This document shows, in pieces, positions 39,513 to 53,100 of a stretch of 64,000 nucleotides of DNA (within the stretch, counting starts at the first letter, position 1; every line of letters begins with the position of its first letter). The stretch is from assembly GCF_003918875.1 (NCBI RefSeq), contig NW_025766969.1, forward strand, positions 2,232,001-2,296,000. The letters are read 5' to 3'. The stretch comes from Haliotis rubra. Its lineage: Eukaryota. The notes under the pieces are model-generated. The model saw only the letters and a program-made list of their open reading frames with translations. It did no database searches and was not told the origin of the DNA. Both the position numbers and the translations under genes were made by a program.

Positions 39513-42500
39513 ATGGCTAATAAGGTGAAAGTGTCACTGACACACGGCAAGGCGCTTGTCTGGAATGCAGAAGGTAATGAGTTTGATACTGTGTATTTAC
39601 ATTGATTGGTTGACATCGTGGTAAGAATTACCTCCCTTTACTTAGCAGACGATGGTCAAAAAATGAATTTCCCCAACAGAAATCACTACTTCATTCATTT
39701 TTCAAGTTTCTGATAGCTGACCATGAACTGTGTAACTACAGGTATACTTCATTCTCTCTATACTCTTCTCATAATTAATAAATATGAAAAATAAGGCTGA
39801 TAAGGGACCGTTCAAAATTTATGGCTAGGGGTGGTGATGATGATTTTTATGGAGAAGCATGTACAATGTGAATGACCCCCCCTAAAGTTTATGTACAAAA
39901 TAAGTGACCTCCCCTGCATGTCATGTACAAAATCAATGACCCCCCTCCCCTTCCCATAATTTCTAAGCATAATTTTAAAATATTTTTATGTACAAAATTG
40001 ATGACTGCCCCATTGATGGTAATGAAACACATGTCACAAACCATGTAGTAATTAAATATACGATCATCTTATTGTCATTTTTAAATTCGTCCTTCAGATG
40101 TCCGCATTTTGCGTGAAGATTACCGCATTGTAGGAACATTGGTTGGATGTCTTCCTCGTGCCCCTCGTCAGAATGTCCACCTGGGACTACCTGTGCAGCT
40201 GATGCCTGAAGAAACTCAACTGCTTATCAGTAAAGGTTGTACAGATCCATGTACCTCTAGATCAGGAAATATTTGATAGTATAACATCAGAGCACTGCTC
40301 TGTATTGATTTTGGGTAGGGGAACGGTAACTGGGCAGGTAAATTACTGAGATTCACTTGCCCACATTAGATTTGTTATTATTTGCTCACCAATAGCCTGT
40401 GCAAACTTGTGTCTGTTATTGGTGATGTTATCGGTGCTGGGATTATCTGATTATTTGGGGTCCAAATCCAGATTTGCCCTGTTTATAATTCTTAGTTCTT
40501 CAGAACCATACCTGTGCACATTGGTTTCATCAAAGTTGTATACTTTGCACTATTTCAGGCTTTCACCTCACCTCACCTCACCTCACCTCAGGGACCCGTG
40601 AAGATCTGGGGTAGAATAGGTCTACAGCAACCCATGCTTGCCACAAAAGGCAACTATGCTTGTCGTAAGAAGCAACTAACGGGATCGGGTGGTCAGGCTC
40701 GCTGACTTGGTTGACACATGTCATCGCATCCCAATTGCGCAGTACAATGCTCATGCTGTTGATCACTGGATTGTCTGGTCCAGACTTGATCATTTACAGG
40801 CCGCTGCCATATAGCTGGAATATTGCTGAGTGCAGTAAAACTAAACTCACTCACTCACCTCACCTCACCTCAGGCTGAGGCATTGTGATAAACTGTTCAA
40901 AGTGACATTCGACCACGCTCAGTTTCACACTCATGCTCTAACCAGCAGTGTATATTACTGATGTGTTATGTCCTACAACCATGTATTCTTCCATTGCAGG
41001 TGTTGTAGAGTTAGTTGATGGTGGAAGTCTCCCAGAGCCAGACGAGAAGAAAGCTGAAGCATTCAGAAATATGAGAAATGAAAACTATGAGGGACAGGTG
41101 ATCATCTTTAGTTGTTCTATTTTGTTCAGTGATGAACAAGTATTGGACGCATCTGCCTCAGAATATCTCATGCCAGAGTATTTTATAACATACAATTCAT
41201 AACAGCCATTTAACAGAGCACTACTCTAAGGTTTTGTCATGAATGTAATTTTTCCCATGGTAGATATTAACTATGCAAAAAAAATTGACATGAAATATGT
41301 GCTTCCATAGACTGCCTCAAAGTGACCCTAAGGAATTCTCTGCATGAGGTTACATGGCCCAGGTGACATGATAGAAAATAAAAATCACGAAAAGGGTTTG
41401 TGTTTACACTTTCTCCAAAATTATCATTCTTGCGGGGTTTGTTTTCACTGAATTGAAAATATACCTTCTCAAGGTGGACCCCTATTTGGAATATTATTTT
41501 TCAAGATCAGTACGATTTCCAGGGGCCCATTCCACAAAGTGATCAAACTATGCCTGTTGTAAGTCTGTGTTAAAGTAACACTTGTCTTAGCACACTTGTC
41601 TTTACAGGCTATAAGTTGTAAACAGTTCAATATTTCTTTGAATACATATCAGACAAGTTGCCTTTTGCTGTTCAGTAGTTTTTTATGTGTATATTTTTGT
41701 TTCTAAATCAGCAATTTTGTGTTAGGTCTATATGAGGGTAGGGTTTGCTTCATTGAACATCACTAATAAATTGTTTAACATATCTTAGTGATACTTGTTA
41801 TGCACAACAAGCAAGTGGTTCACTGGTACTCTTTGCTAATCAAGAATAATTAAGTGATTACGTTTTGTGTTTGTATGACAGCCAATAAAAGATGTACCAA
41901 TGAGGGTAGGCATCTTTTCTAACTCATCAACTAATAAACTGTTTAGTATACTTCATGAAAAGTTGTCACTCAAGTCAGGCAATTTTTCAGTTTTTTCCAT
42001 TTAAGTTTTCAAAGATCAGTCTCATGATATAATATATTTCACTCCAAAATGATACCTATGCATGAGGTGAAATTGGGTTTACGATGTGCTTGAGAATATT
42101 TCGCTCATATGACGCGTTCATGTGTGTGTATGTGGGGCTGCTTGTACTAGCCCAGACTTAAGTTGGTTTTATAGTGCTAGTCCACTGAGATACATATGCA
42201 TGAAGATGTGATGACGCCTCCTTTGGAGTTTTCATTATGTGTTTCATGTCCTCTTACCCCAATTGCGTAGATCGATGAGCATGCTGTTGATCACTGGATT
42301 GTCTGGTCCAGATTGATTATTTAAAGACCGCCTTCATGTAGCAGGATTATTGCTGAGTGTGATGTAAAACTTAACTCACTCACTCACTCCATCATGTTTT
42401 TCATTGTATATTTGTTCAGATTGAATCCTTCAGACAAGATCGAAAACGAGAAATTTATCGCCACATGAGTAAAATAAGAGAAGGAAAGAAAGCAAAGAAG

Positions 42501-44099
42501 CAAAAGCTATTGGAGGAGAAGAGAAAAGCAGGGGAGGAAATAGCAGAGGATGAAGAAACAGAGGAAGAGTTTGATGTGGAGCAAATCCCAATTCCTGCCA
42601 TTGCTGAGGACAACTCCATGATTCAGACCTTCACTCGTAACTACAAATTCTTCCAAGAAAAAAGTTCTATATTTGTCCTTGTGAGCTTATGTTTGAAAGT
42701 AAAATGATGTGTTGGTTAAGCGTTTGTTAGCAATAATGTGTAGGTTGAACTACCTACTTGAATGACTAATCGAGTTTTACACAACTTTGAGCAGTATTTC
42801 AGCAATATAGCAGCAAGGGACTCTGGAATTGTGATCCAGACATTGTACCACCCACCTGGTAATGAATAACCTGTCATGAGTAGAATCTAGAATCACTAGA
42901 GTCTCCCTTTTCCTACTTATTGATTTTATGCCAGATCTTGTTTGGTCTGACTGTAACTATTATCAGGGTTCGACTTGGTACCCATTACTCTATTGAATGA
43001 CATATGAGTCAACTTTTTTTTATCAAGAGGTCAGGCAAGATGCTGACTGCACATTGAGTGCCGCTGGTTTGAGAAGGCCAGACTAGATTATTTAAAAGCT
43101 GTTCATGATATAGCTGGAATATTGCAAATGTAGACTAAAAACAATATTCACTGAATTGATGGTGAAGTGATAGTGTTGTTATGCAATTTCAACTGCAGTG
43201 ACATCATTGAAGATGACTTGGTTATTATTTGTCACCATGAGCAAGTTTGTGAAATTTGGAGCTTCTGTATAGTATCACTGACACAGAGAGCATAGATGTA
43301 ATATTCATACTGTCTTGCCCAGTGACATCAAATATATCTCCTATCTCAAAAAGAAGAAAAATTTCTTTGTGGATGCATATACTAAACAATATGATCACCA
43401 GGAAAGGGGGTTAACAAACTTGACATATTAAAGGGTTGTTTCATTCCTTTGAATGTATATCTATGCTTATTTGTAGAAAGTCCATGGCAAGATGAGCTCC
43501 AACCAGTGACAAATGAGTGGAAGTACCCCCAGTCAGAGCATGAACGCCTCCGGTGTCAGGTGTTCTCATACCTGTGGGGCAGAGGCTACTATATGACAGG
43601 TGGAGGGAAGTTTGGGGGAGACTTCCTTGTCTACCCAGGTGAGCAATTTGCTTAATCAAGTTTGAAAAATATGTGGAGTTGAAATTATTGTTATCAAAGA
43701 CTAAATCATGTTTATAAGATATGTCTTATTAATTTCAATCACCAATATATATGGTTAAATCCAGGATTGAAAAAAGGCCTTATCCCCTTTTTGTCCAGAT
43801 TTTGATCAGTTTGACTAACAAAAGCTGGAAAATTAAATATTGTGAACACTGCAAAACATCTGAAGATTTAGCAATCAAAAAAAAAAAAGCTCTTCCTTTA
43901 TTGCCTTCCAGGTGACCCATCACGCTTCCATTCATTCTACATTGCTATCTGCAAACCCCACCAAGAGAAGCTGACTGCTTTGGATATCATATCCATGGGT
44001 CGACTGGGATCTAACGTCAAGAAGACTGTTCTCCTTTGCTCTGTAGACAGTGAGGGTAAAGTTGTATGTACATCACTACAGTGGACCGGTATCAGCTGA
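39513..44099 (+). CDS. TSEN34: tRNA-splicing endonuclease subunit Sen34; 6 exons, 287 aa
   Basis: Exons 39513-39573, 40098-40235, 41000-41097, 42420-42636, 43477-43638, 43912-44099 are in phase (864 nt). Motifs LVWNAEDV..RIVGTLVGCLPRAPRQN..LGLPVQLMPEE and GGKFGGDFLVYPGDPSRFHS...GRLGSNVKKT carry the catalytic Tyr/His/Lys. Confidence 0.96.
40592..40857 (+). mobile_element. SINE family B (V-domain-like), inserted in a (CACCT)n tract
   Basis: gcaacccatgcttg..tgcttgtcgtaagaagcaactaacggg is a V-like core and the tail is (actc)n. The flank tcacctcacctcacctcagg occurs on both sides. Confidence 0.85.
42255..42389 (+). mobile_element. 3' half of SINE family B
   Basis: cccaattgcgtagatcgatg...gatcactggattgtctggtccaga...(actc)n. 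Confidence 0.8.
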
Positions 44100-45042
44100 T
44101 TGCTGATACCGGTCAGTGGGATGAAGATGTGTTCAGTGGTCAGTCCTGGAGAAGGTGATGATTTCCTGAACTTGGGAATCTTTGAGTCACAATAGCAGAA
44201 CATGTGTTACAATATGTCAGTAGATTGGATCCAGTATGATGACTATCCTAGATTTCTGCACAATTCATGAGCGCACCGAGACTTCAATAAGATTCATACT
44301 GGAATAATCAATCAATTCCCATACTAGCCAATATTTTAAATAAGTGAAACAACTGACATCCAAGTGTGCTTATATTGAACTTATTTACTTGGCGGGATAT
44401 TCACGTGTTACAAGTAGCTGCAAGATTGTTGAAGTGTTTTGCAGACATTACTCACGAAGGGATGTTTATGATGAGTTCTGACTGTAGCTACCTAAACTGC
44501 CTGGTTCACTTTAACCAGACTAGTACACTTGCTTATAATTCACCCGATTTCCCCAGAGTTATAAAAATAATAAGACTAATATTTTGTGGTGAATAAAATA
44601 CTCTATATTCTTTCCAGCCAGCTTGGTTATACTTCATTGAGTGTGGCTGAGTGTTTTTATATGCTCCAGCTGTGTCAAGTTGCATCCCTTGTTTGTGACA
44701 GGATCCACCTGCCACACTCCAGATTAACCCTGATAAAGATCTTTTGCTTGTCACCACCATACCTACACTGAGGGGTATGAGTGGTAATGGTTAGAGTCAT
44801 TGATCACTTTGGCGTTTCCTTCCACTTTATATTGAAACATGTTGATATTTAAAAGAAACCATTCAAGATAAATGCAAATACCATTTGGTTGGTATGGAAA
44901 AGAGTTTTGCAATGTTTGTGTCATGAAAGCTGCTAATTGAGATTATGTCCAACTGCTTGTAATTGTACATTATAAGTTGTTCACTGGTCACAGGGCATGG
45001 GTTGATGTACCCTCGATGTTTGTTTATGTTCCCTGAGCCTGA

Positions 45043-45150
45043 AGCAACTGTGGCTGAGTGGGTTAGATGGCTGACTTTGTCTGCTGGCGATTAGGTGCTC
45101 GACTTGCCAGCACACAAGTGTGGGTTCAAATCCTGGATTGGACTCAACCC
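45043..45150 (+). mobile_element. tRNA-like SINE head remnant
   Basis: A-box-like gtggctgagtggg and B-box-like gggttcaaatcc, but no cloverleaf. Confidence 0.5.
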
Positions 45151-46572
45151 AGCGAAAGTACTACATTCTGTACTTTACTGAGAAAGTGTAGTCCCAAATA
45201 TAACGTGTTATATTTCAGTTTTGTCATAGCTTGATACAGGAGGAAAGCCTATGGTCAAGACATTCTCCACTGTGGTGGAGCCTCAATGACATGGATATGG
45301 TGCCGTCAAACCTGGAAACACTCAAAAGGCAAATCTTGCATGGCAAAAAGGATGAGCACATAACTGACTGGGTCAGAACTGTGAGACATGGATAAGCAGT
45401 CACTGAATAGTACTTTCATCCAGAGATTACTAAGTGACAGAGTTAACCAAAAATCTTGTATCAAGGCAAGATATAACAGCAAATACTGAAATGGTTCTTT
45501 GCTTATTATGCTTCTTCACACAAGGATAGACAGCAACTTGGCCAAAACTTTCTCCACAACTTTTCCCCTCCTTAACACATGTCAAAATTATGACAAAACC
45601 ATGTAATTTGCTTTGTAACAGTTTATTTGTTTTCAACACTTAGCATTCACTAACAATGACAATGAATAGCTTTCTTCATGAACTTAACATGTAAAAACAT
45701 TTTTACGCCTTACAAGTCTATGACTGTCAAGGTCGTTTTACATGTTAAGTTCTTGTAGAAGAGATAAAACATTCACAAGATTCATTCATACTCCATAAAA
45801 ATGTCCCATCATTTTGTCCATTTCTATATTAAAATAAACTATTTGAATCAAAATAGTCAGATTTTCATTAAAAATTTCATGCCAATCAATCCTGTCAACA
45901 TGTTCAATTATTGTAAATGTCACATTTACAAATGAATAAAATAATGTCTCTCATAATGCAGGATTTCATGCACATGTGTCTTGTTCACAATCATGAAACA
46001 TATGTACAAGAGTGAACAAAGATGCATTCATACTTATCTCATTCTCACACTAAAATTCTTTGGTTTTGAAAGACTCTTTTGGCAAAGAAAATAAATACTT
46101 CTGGTATGGCAGTACAAGATAACTTTAGGATGGATTTCAATACTGATTCATTTGATTCCATAAATTAATTTTGGATTGATGTATAGGTCATTTCGTAATG
46201 AACACATCTGAGTGATCTGCAAGTGATCTATATGCTTGACAGCAAAAAATAATGTTCCATGGAGGAATGTCTTGTAATATGATATGCATTGTTGAGATCA
46301 TCACATAATGCAACTGTTCTGTAAAGAGAACCTAGTATCAAAACTGAGATTCACATCCTGAAATATTGCGATTGTCGCTTTTGTTTGCATCGTCACCTCA
46401 ACAGAAATATTGTGGTAAATTGTTGATGCCAGCACCTTGTCATAATGAACACATTAACCGTATTGCACTTTCGTCATCTGTTGATGGTCAGCTCAAGCTG
46501 CATTAACTGTATGGATGGATTAGCTTTGTCCAGCAAAGCTTCTACAGGGTGAAGTTTTGGCAGGAGTCACCG

Positions 46573-49373
46573 CTATAACCGTCTAAGATTTCTTTTGCTC
46601 TTTTTCGAGCCTACTGAGTCCAGTTTAGATTTCTTGAGTGCCACTGGCACGCAGTTCCCGAGATCCATGATGCTCACAGAAACACTTTACACAGAAATCA
46701 AATTTACAATTGTCACTCGTACACACACCACGATCACAATGGGTCTTGGCTGCAGAATTACACCTGGGACAATGTCTTAATGTGTCGTCACTTTTCAGAG
46801 AAGAAACAACCTGAAATCAGATGTTTGGCACTTTTAGTTTCATGTAACACACATTTATTTCAAATGACATGGCAGAAAATAATTATCATAAAGCATTCTG
46901 AATACAAAATAACTTTACCATAAGTTATGATCTTGGTTTTCTCTTCCTTGCATTACAAACCTCTTGTTTAAGTTGTCTTGTATGATGTATCGTGTTACAT
47001 ACCTGAGAATGCTGAGTAAATAGGTTGACAACTGGCATTTTCTTTGGTGAGCGTGGTGTGTGTTGAACTGATGTCAGTAATCCCCCTGGTGTCAGATGTC
47101 GATGTCCAGTCTTCGTCTTCCCAAGGTTCTCCTGCAAAACAAAATATAGAACTTTTTAGAATTGAAGACACTAATACTATGATAATGCTGTGAACTTGCA
47201 TATGAAGTTGCAGTTACACGAATATATCCTGCTTCAGTGACAGGTCACAGTTACAGGGAGAACATGTTAAGATGGTGGAGAAACCTACCTTTCCGACAGA
47301 GGCTGCTCTTGATTTGAGAGATTTGATGTACTTGTGACATCTAGCACTAGCTCTGTTATCTGTGTCACAAATAGTTTTCCATTGCCGGGATACAGCTCTA
47401 ATCCTGCAAAGGACATGACATTTAATATATGTGGAATAAATAATGCATATTTTTAACAAACAAAAGAAAAATGTATGTTTGACAATAAAACTAAAACAAT
47501 GAATTGCAGCAATGTATATCATTGTTTCATACCTTTTATGAATTAATATTTAAAGTTCATCTGAAATTTTTTTTAAAAACCCACAAAACTTGATAATGGA
47601 ACAGCGACTGGTGAAGAAAGATACAATATTGAAAGAAGTTGTTTACTCCATGCGTTGTTCATTGTATATATTGTTTTCATATTCCTTTACCATACCTGCA
47701 CAATTCCTTTGGTTCCAAGTATGACAGTACAAGAGACACTCCTTCAATGCTCCTTGCATGCATTTCATTCAAAATGTCAACTTTCTCCAGTCCCACCTTC
47801 CTCCCAATAAGACGGTCAGGCTCTTTAGGGGAGAAGTGTTGGATGACATCATGTATGCCAACAGAATCCAATTTGTCAGCTAAACCTGATGCACCAAAAC
47901 TGGAGTCCAGATCACCAGATTCAAATTCCAAACTGTATCTTGGAAAGTCAGAGAGGCGCTTATGCCGCTTCTCAAACACTTCTTCCTCTTCAGGAATTAG
48001 CCAATCATGTTCAAGAGAGGCTGAAGAGGCACAGTCAGTGTCACATGTCATATCGTCACATTTTGAAAATTGTAATGGATAAGCATTATCCTCGGGCAAG
48101 TCACAGTCTGTTGAAACCAAGGGGGTGGTTTCAAGAAAAGCTGTGTCATTTAAAAGGTCTGTTGATGTTTTAGTATCTTCCACAAGGGAATCAGGATAAC
48201 CACTGTCATTTCCAGGTGAATACAAACTCAATGGGGAGAGTATTTTTGATGCCATTGGAGTACTTGTGCTAATTGAGCGACTCTTGATTACATCAGAAAA
48301 GTCATTTGAATAGTCCATTTTGCTGATGTGAAGAGCAGGCATTGACACCTTCCGAGATCTCTGGTACCCTGTACTTGCCATCTGAAGTAAATGAAACAAA
48401 AGTTTGTTATAACACAGTTAACATCATAGGATGAAGATATTAATTTTTTTTACATTAAATATATACTACTGTTACCATTACAAAAATTCCAAATTTACAT
48501 ATATACACTGATAAACCAAAAAAGTAAATGTCACAATTATTGAATTGTGAAATGATAGCAATGTCATAACAGTTGCTGCTTTGGTAATAACCATGCAACA
48601 TATCAAATGTTAAATACATCAGGTTGAGTAGTGTTTTTAAGGCACCAGTAACAATCTAACACACTAAGCATTAATCTCTCACCACACTTGTGAGTGACTG
48701 ATTGCGCACTAACAGGTGGACACCTGCAGCTTCTGGGGCCATGTGTTCCATATTACATCATGGCTTTGCATTTTCTTGTTTGTGTACCGATGAGCCGAAT
48801 TACTTGGGGTCCCATTCCACTGGGCACTCTTTAAGTTTAATCTGATATATTTTCCGACTTAGATACTATAAAAAAATCGTGTATGTTTGATGTATTAGCA
48901 TGTTTACTTAGTGTTAGTCAATGACGAACCTGACTTATTGCTATACAAATTTTGGTTTAATATCACTTTTGCCAACATCGGACATCTTAAAAATAGTTGG
49001 GGGTAAGACTTCCGCCCGTATCCCCCCCAAAAGTTTAACAATGAGGACAAAGGCCAATAGTTGTAAGAACTACACTAGTAAAGGAAAAATATCTTGAATG
49101 ATGACGCTCGAGAATCTTGTGACCCCCGCCCACCGTCACATTGTCCATGTTGGGGCGCGCCTCCTGACCGCCATGAAATACTTTGGGCAAAATGTACACC
49201 AAGATTTGAATATTTTATGCGATCCGACATCAAATTTTGTCTGTAGTTCAGATACATACAATTTTACAGTCTAGTATCAAACAATATATTTCATAGCTAA
49301 GATTTTGAAGTGAAACCAAACCGCTCGTGCCTGTTCAAGCCAAGCGGGAAGGACTTCGCGAGGTACTCACCAT
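46573..49373 (-). CDS. FBXO43: Emi1/Emi2-family APC/C inhibitor (FBXO43/FBXO5, Rca1-like); about 389 aa, with an apparent +1 frameshift near 46657
   Basis: Exons 49373-49371 (ATG only, tentative), 48381-47696, 47403-47289, 47131-47003, 46810-46573. Features: degron DSGYPDS, LIGRKVGLEKVDILNEM followed by an F-box (VLSYLEPKELCRIRAVSRQW), a zinc-binding region CPRC..C....C.FDFCVKCFCEHH, and C-terminal GSKKSKRNLRRL* in the shifted frame. Confidence 0.9.
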
Positions 49374-49700
49374 ATCGAGAGATATATCCCTTTGTAGTAA
49401 GAAATGTTTGTAAAATTGGTAAAAAATGAGTTCAAGTGGTCAACAGCATTTGACAAGGGCCGCTGAAGATTAATATCATAGCTCATGTAGTGATCCTCGA
49501 GAAATATTTTTGCAGCGTACACCACGAAGCGCATTCATAGTTCAAATCGTTCGCCACATAACACGCGACCAATCAAATCGCTGGAATTCGCAATTGTTTA
49601 TCTCGCGAGATACACAACGTATAACGTGATTTGACGAGACCACTGCTTATGTTTGTCTTTCCGGTGTAAACAAGAGCACGTGAATTACAAAGTAGGAGCA
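49374..49700. promoter_or_regulatory. Bidirectional FBXO43/POLR2K promoter: CDE/CHR, CCAAT, TCTCGCGAGA, ETS-like site, E-box
   Basis: On the - strand TGGCGA-acga-TTTGAA (49556-49541). Also ccaat 49569-49573, palindrome tatctcgcgagata 49599-49612, ttccgg 49659-49664 and cacgtg 49677-49682. The region is CpG-rich relative to its flanks. Confidence 0.65.
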
Positions 49701-50126
49701 CATATAAAACACACATTTTTCAAGCTTTGTTTCTTGGAAATGTAAAAGTAATCCACTTGTGAAATAGAAAAGAGTAAAATGTTCTCCTTGCGAAAGATGT
49801 TTTTATTACCATGTCAGTGTATAGTAATGAAATTGTCCGTATTTCGCGCATTTTATGTTGAACGGAAAGAAATGACTAATGGTCAGCAAAGAGGTGATGT
49901 AAAATAGAATTGTTGGATGTACCTTGGCAGTATTGAGTAAGATTGTGGGTTCTTTTCTGATGTTTTTTGCTACAGTTTGAATGCTAGTACATGATCAGGC
50001 AATTTTTTTTGTTAACAATGATCAGTTGTATGTTGCCCAGCGTGTATGAATCGTTTTGTCCCCAGAATACCTTGTTGTCATTTCTTAAAAAGGTCCTTAT
50101 TATACCATTTCAGAAAAAGTCATATA

Positions 50127-53100
50127 ATGGAGCAGTCCGGGAAGGAGACTCCTGGTGGTACGACTAAACAACAAACGATGGTTTACATTTGTGGAGGTAA
50201 ATTGCACTGTAGATGTTCATATACTAGTACAAGATAATAATATAAATAGATACACTATTATTTCATGTAGACTTGGTTGACAGTCCTAGAAGAAGTTGCC
50301 AGGCTGACAAGGAGGGATATTTGTATATATCAACATGTTTCAATATAATTTGTTTGGTACAACAGTATGAAGGCCTAGGTAATAGTTGTAGGTGTTACCT
50401 TGTTCACTTGCTTGGACTATCTAGCTCCAGTATCAGGACCAGAAATAAGGAACATGTGACACATTTCTAATTTATACCCTTCATTGTCAACACATGTTCT
50501 TGAGCTAATTCTAAGAGTACTTCTAATTATGACAAGCACACTTTTATTGTTTTACAGTTGTAACTAATCTATACAGGGCTATTGTTTTCAAAGGGGAATT
50601 AGGATGTCTCATTTCAGTGATTTTGCCAGCTTCTGGTTAGAGGGCTATTACATCACCTTGAGGAATCGGTTTTGTAAGGATTCTGACCCTGAGTGGCTGA
50701 CTATCTGTGAAAGGATGAACAGTGCTCTTTATGAAGGGTGTTTGTTCTAGGGTTTAATCTTAATGCTCAAATTACAATCCTTCTCATGATTCTGCTTGGA
50801 CCCCAGAGAAGTAAAAAACGTGTTGCCTACCACTGAGGTTAACAAATATTAATTTGTGTCAGATTGTACATGTATTTGGTACACATTTCCTGACTTTAAT
50901 TTTCATTAAAAAAAAAGTCAAGTCCCAAGATATGTTACCACTCTTTCAAAATGTCTATTTTTTGTTCCCCTCATTTCTTAATAAATGTACTACCCCATCG
51001 CCGAAATACCTTAGTTGTGCGTGCAGCATTAAATAAACCAAATAACGTTATTTTTTATCAAAGGTATCAGATGATAAATACACTTGCCTCTTGGATTTAT
51101 TTTCTACTCTACTTATAGTATACATGCCATGTTTACAGAAAGTAGTTTGTTCATATTGAACAATTGGATCTTTTCTTTTGATTTTTATCCATGAGTAAGT
51201 CATAAACATGGACTGTTTACCAACTGGTGATATGAAGATGTGTCAAACTGTGTTGATCTCCTTTTGTAACCAGTATTGGATGTTTAATGTATTGTTAAGG
51301 CAATAAACCATCACGATAATCTCTGTGTAAACTGCTATTTGATGTTATCAGAAATCACATGGGATGGGAGATCCACAAAAACAGTTCATATCTGGTGGAA
51401 GATAGAAATGACTGCAATGTTATTCAATACCAAGTTTTTATATAGTGTTTTCCCTCTATACTGCTTATAAATTAAAGAGAAAAACAACAATATTTTGTTT
51501 AGGAATAAAAAAGACAAACTAAATCCCATCTGATTTATTGCCTCCTTAAACAATAAATACAGATGACATTCTTAGTTAACTGAACACAGGTAGTTACAAA
51601 GTACATTATTAGTAGGATGGCATTTATTGCCCTGTGCTACTAGCAAGGTGTTAAGACTGCATAACTGCAATTGAACAAGACACAATACTTTTTATTGGGG
51701 CTGCGTTCTCAGGAAATGTCTGGTGGTGATCCTTTCCAGACACTGATCTTGTATTGTACTTCTATTATTGACTTTATAAGGTTTAATTATTCAAATATTG
51801 TCGGCAATATTCTTTTTCTATTTTTCCCTGTCTTTCTCATTCAATATGGAATAGCATATTTAATACAGAAGACTTGATACTAATGATTTGAATATGCATG
51901 TGATGTGATCTGCCATAGGTGATTTATTTGATGAAGAAATGTTTCATGTTGTTTTGTATTGAATATATTTTATTGTCTGAAAATACAAAGGCATTGGACA
52001 TAGGACACTGCTTATTGCCACCTTTTCTGTATATACAGTTAAACATATTACATTATGGAAGTACACAAATTACAACTGGCACTTGTCATTCTGGAAATCT
52101 ACTGGAGAGTGAAATAGGTGTACATCTCATACATATGCATATTTTAGTAAAGTATTCAAATAAAGATCATGATAGGTACTGAATCTGCAAGTCACTTGAA
52201 TATGTTTGTGTACAGACAAGAATATATTTGTGTTCAGTAAAACATTTTGGTTTGTTTCACCCAATAAAATACTACATAGAAATTTGTTATACAAGACTGT
52301 CACCTGCTGACAATAATATGAGATGCAGATTGCTTTAATTTGAGAGGTGACAAACTATCCCTTGCCCCTGATTCTAGATTATTCCATTGGCTTTGTGTAT
52401 CTATAACGGGATCTTTTAAACATAGATATCAGTGCAAATGATACATGAAGATCATAGCGTTGGGAGACACAGATGGTGGTATAACATCAGTTACATATTA
52501 TGATGAACTTTTCTGATCAATTGTTTCATAAATAGTTACAAAGTGCAGTGTCTGTAATATTGTGAGAAAGAGGATGTGATTAAGATATCTGTACAAATGA
52601 TGCATGAAGATCATAGCGTTGGGAGACACAGATGGTGGTATTAGATCAGTTACATATGGCGAGCATTTTAGATCAATAGCTATATAATTAGTTACAAGGT
52701 GCAGTGTCTATGATATGATTTAAACATATTTTATTCATTTAAGTCATGAATGCATTGGCCAACAAGCTATGACAAAGAGGATGTGAATAAGATGTTTTTG
52801 TGTGTTGTTAGTCAAGTTTCAATGAATTCTGATGTCTGATTACTGAATATGAAATATGTATTAGAACCAAGTTACATGGATCTAATATACTTGCTATGAA
52901 ATGAGTTTTTTAACTGCTTGTGTGAGATATGATACTTTCCTTGATGTTTATTGGTATTTTGTAAATTCAGGGATTATGATAATCCTGCCTTTCTTCTGAC
53001 GTGTAGAAATTGTGTCACCTGTTAATTTGCAAATAATCTGTGTTTATTCATATTTTACTTATTGGCAGAGCTGGCTTTTCTTTTTATCTGGCAAATCAAA

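Noticed and set aside
52430-52715. Intronic C/D snoRNA pair in POLR2K
   Set aside because: The candidate C and D boxes are not preserved in both copies and there is no terminal stem. A simple tandem duplication explains it.
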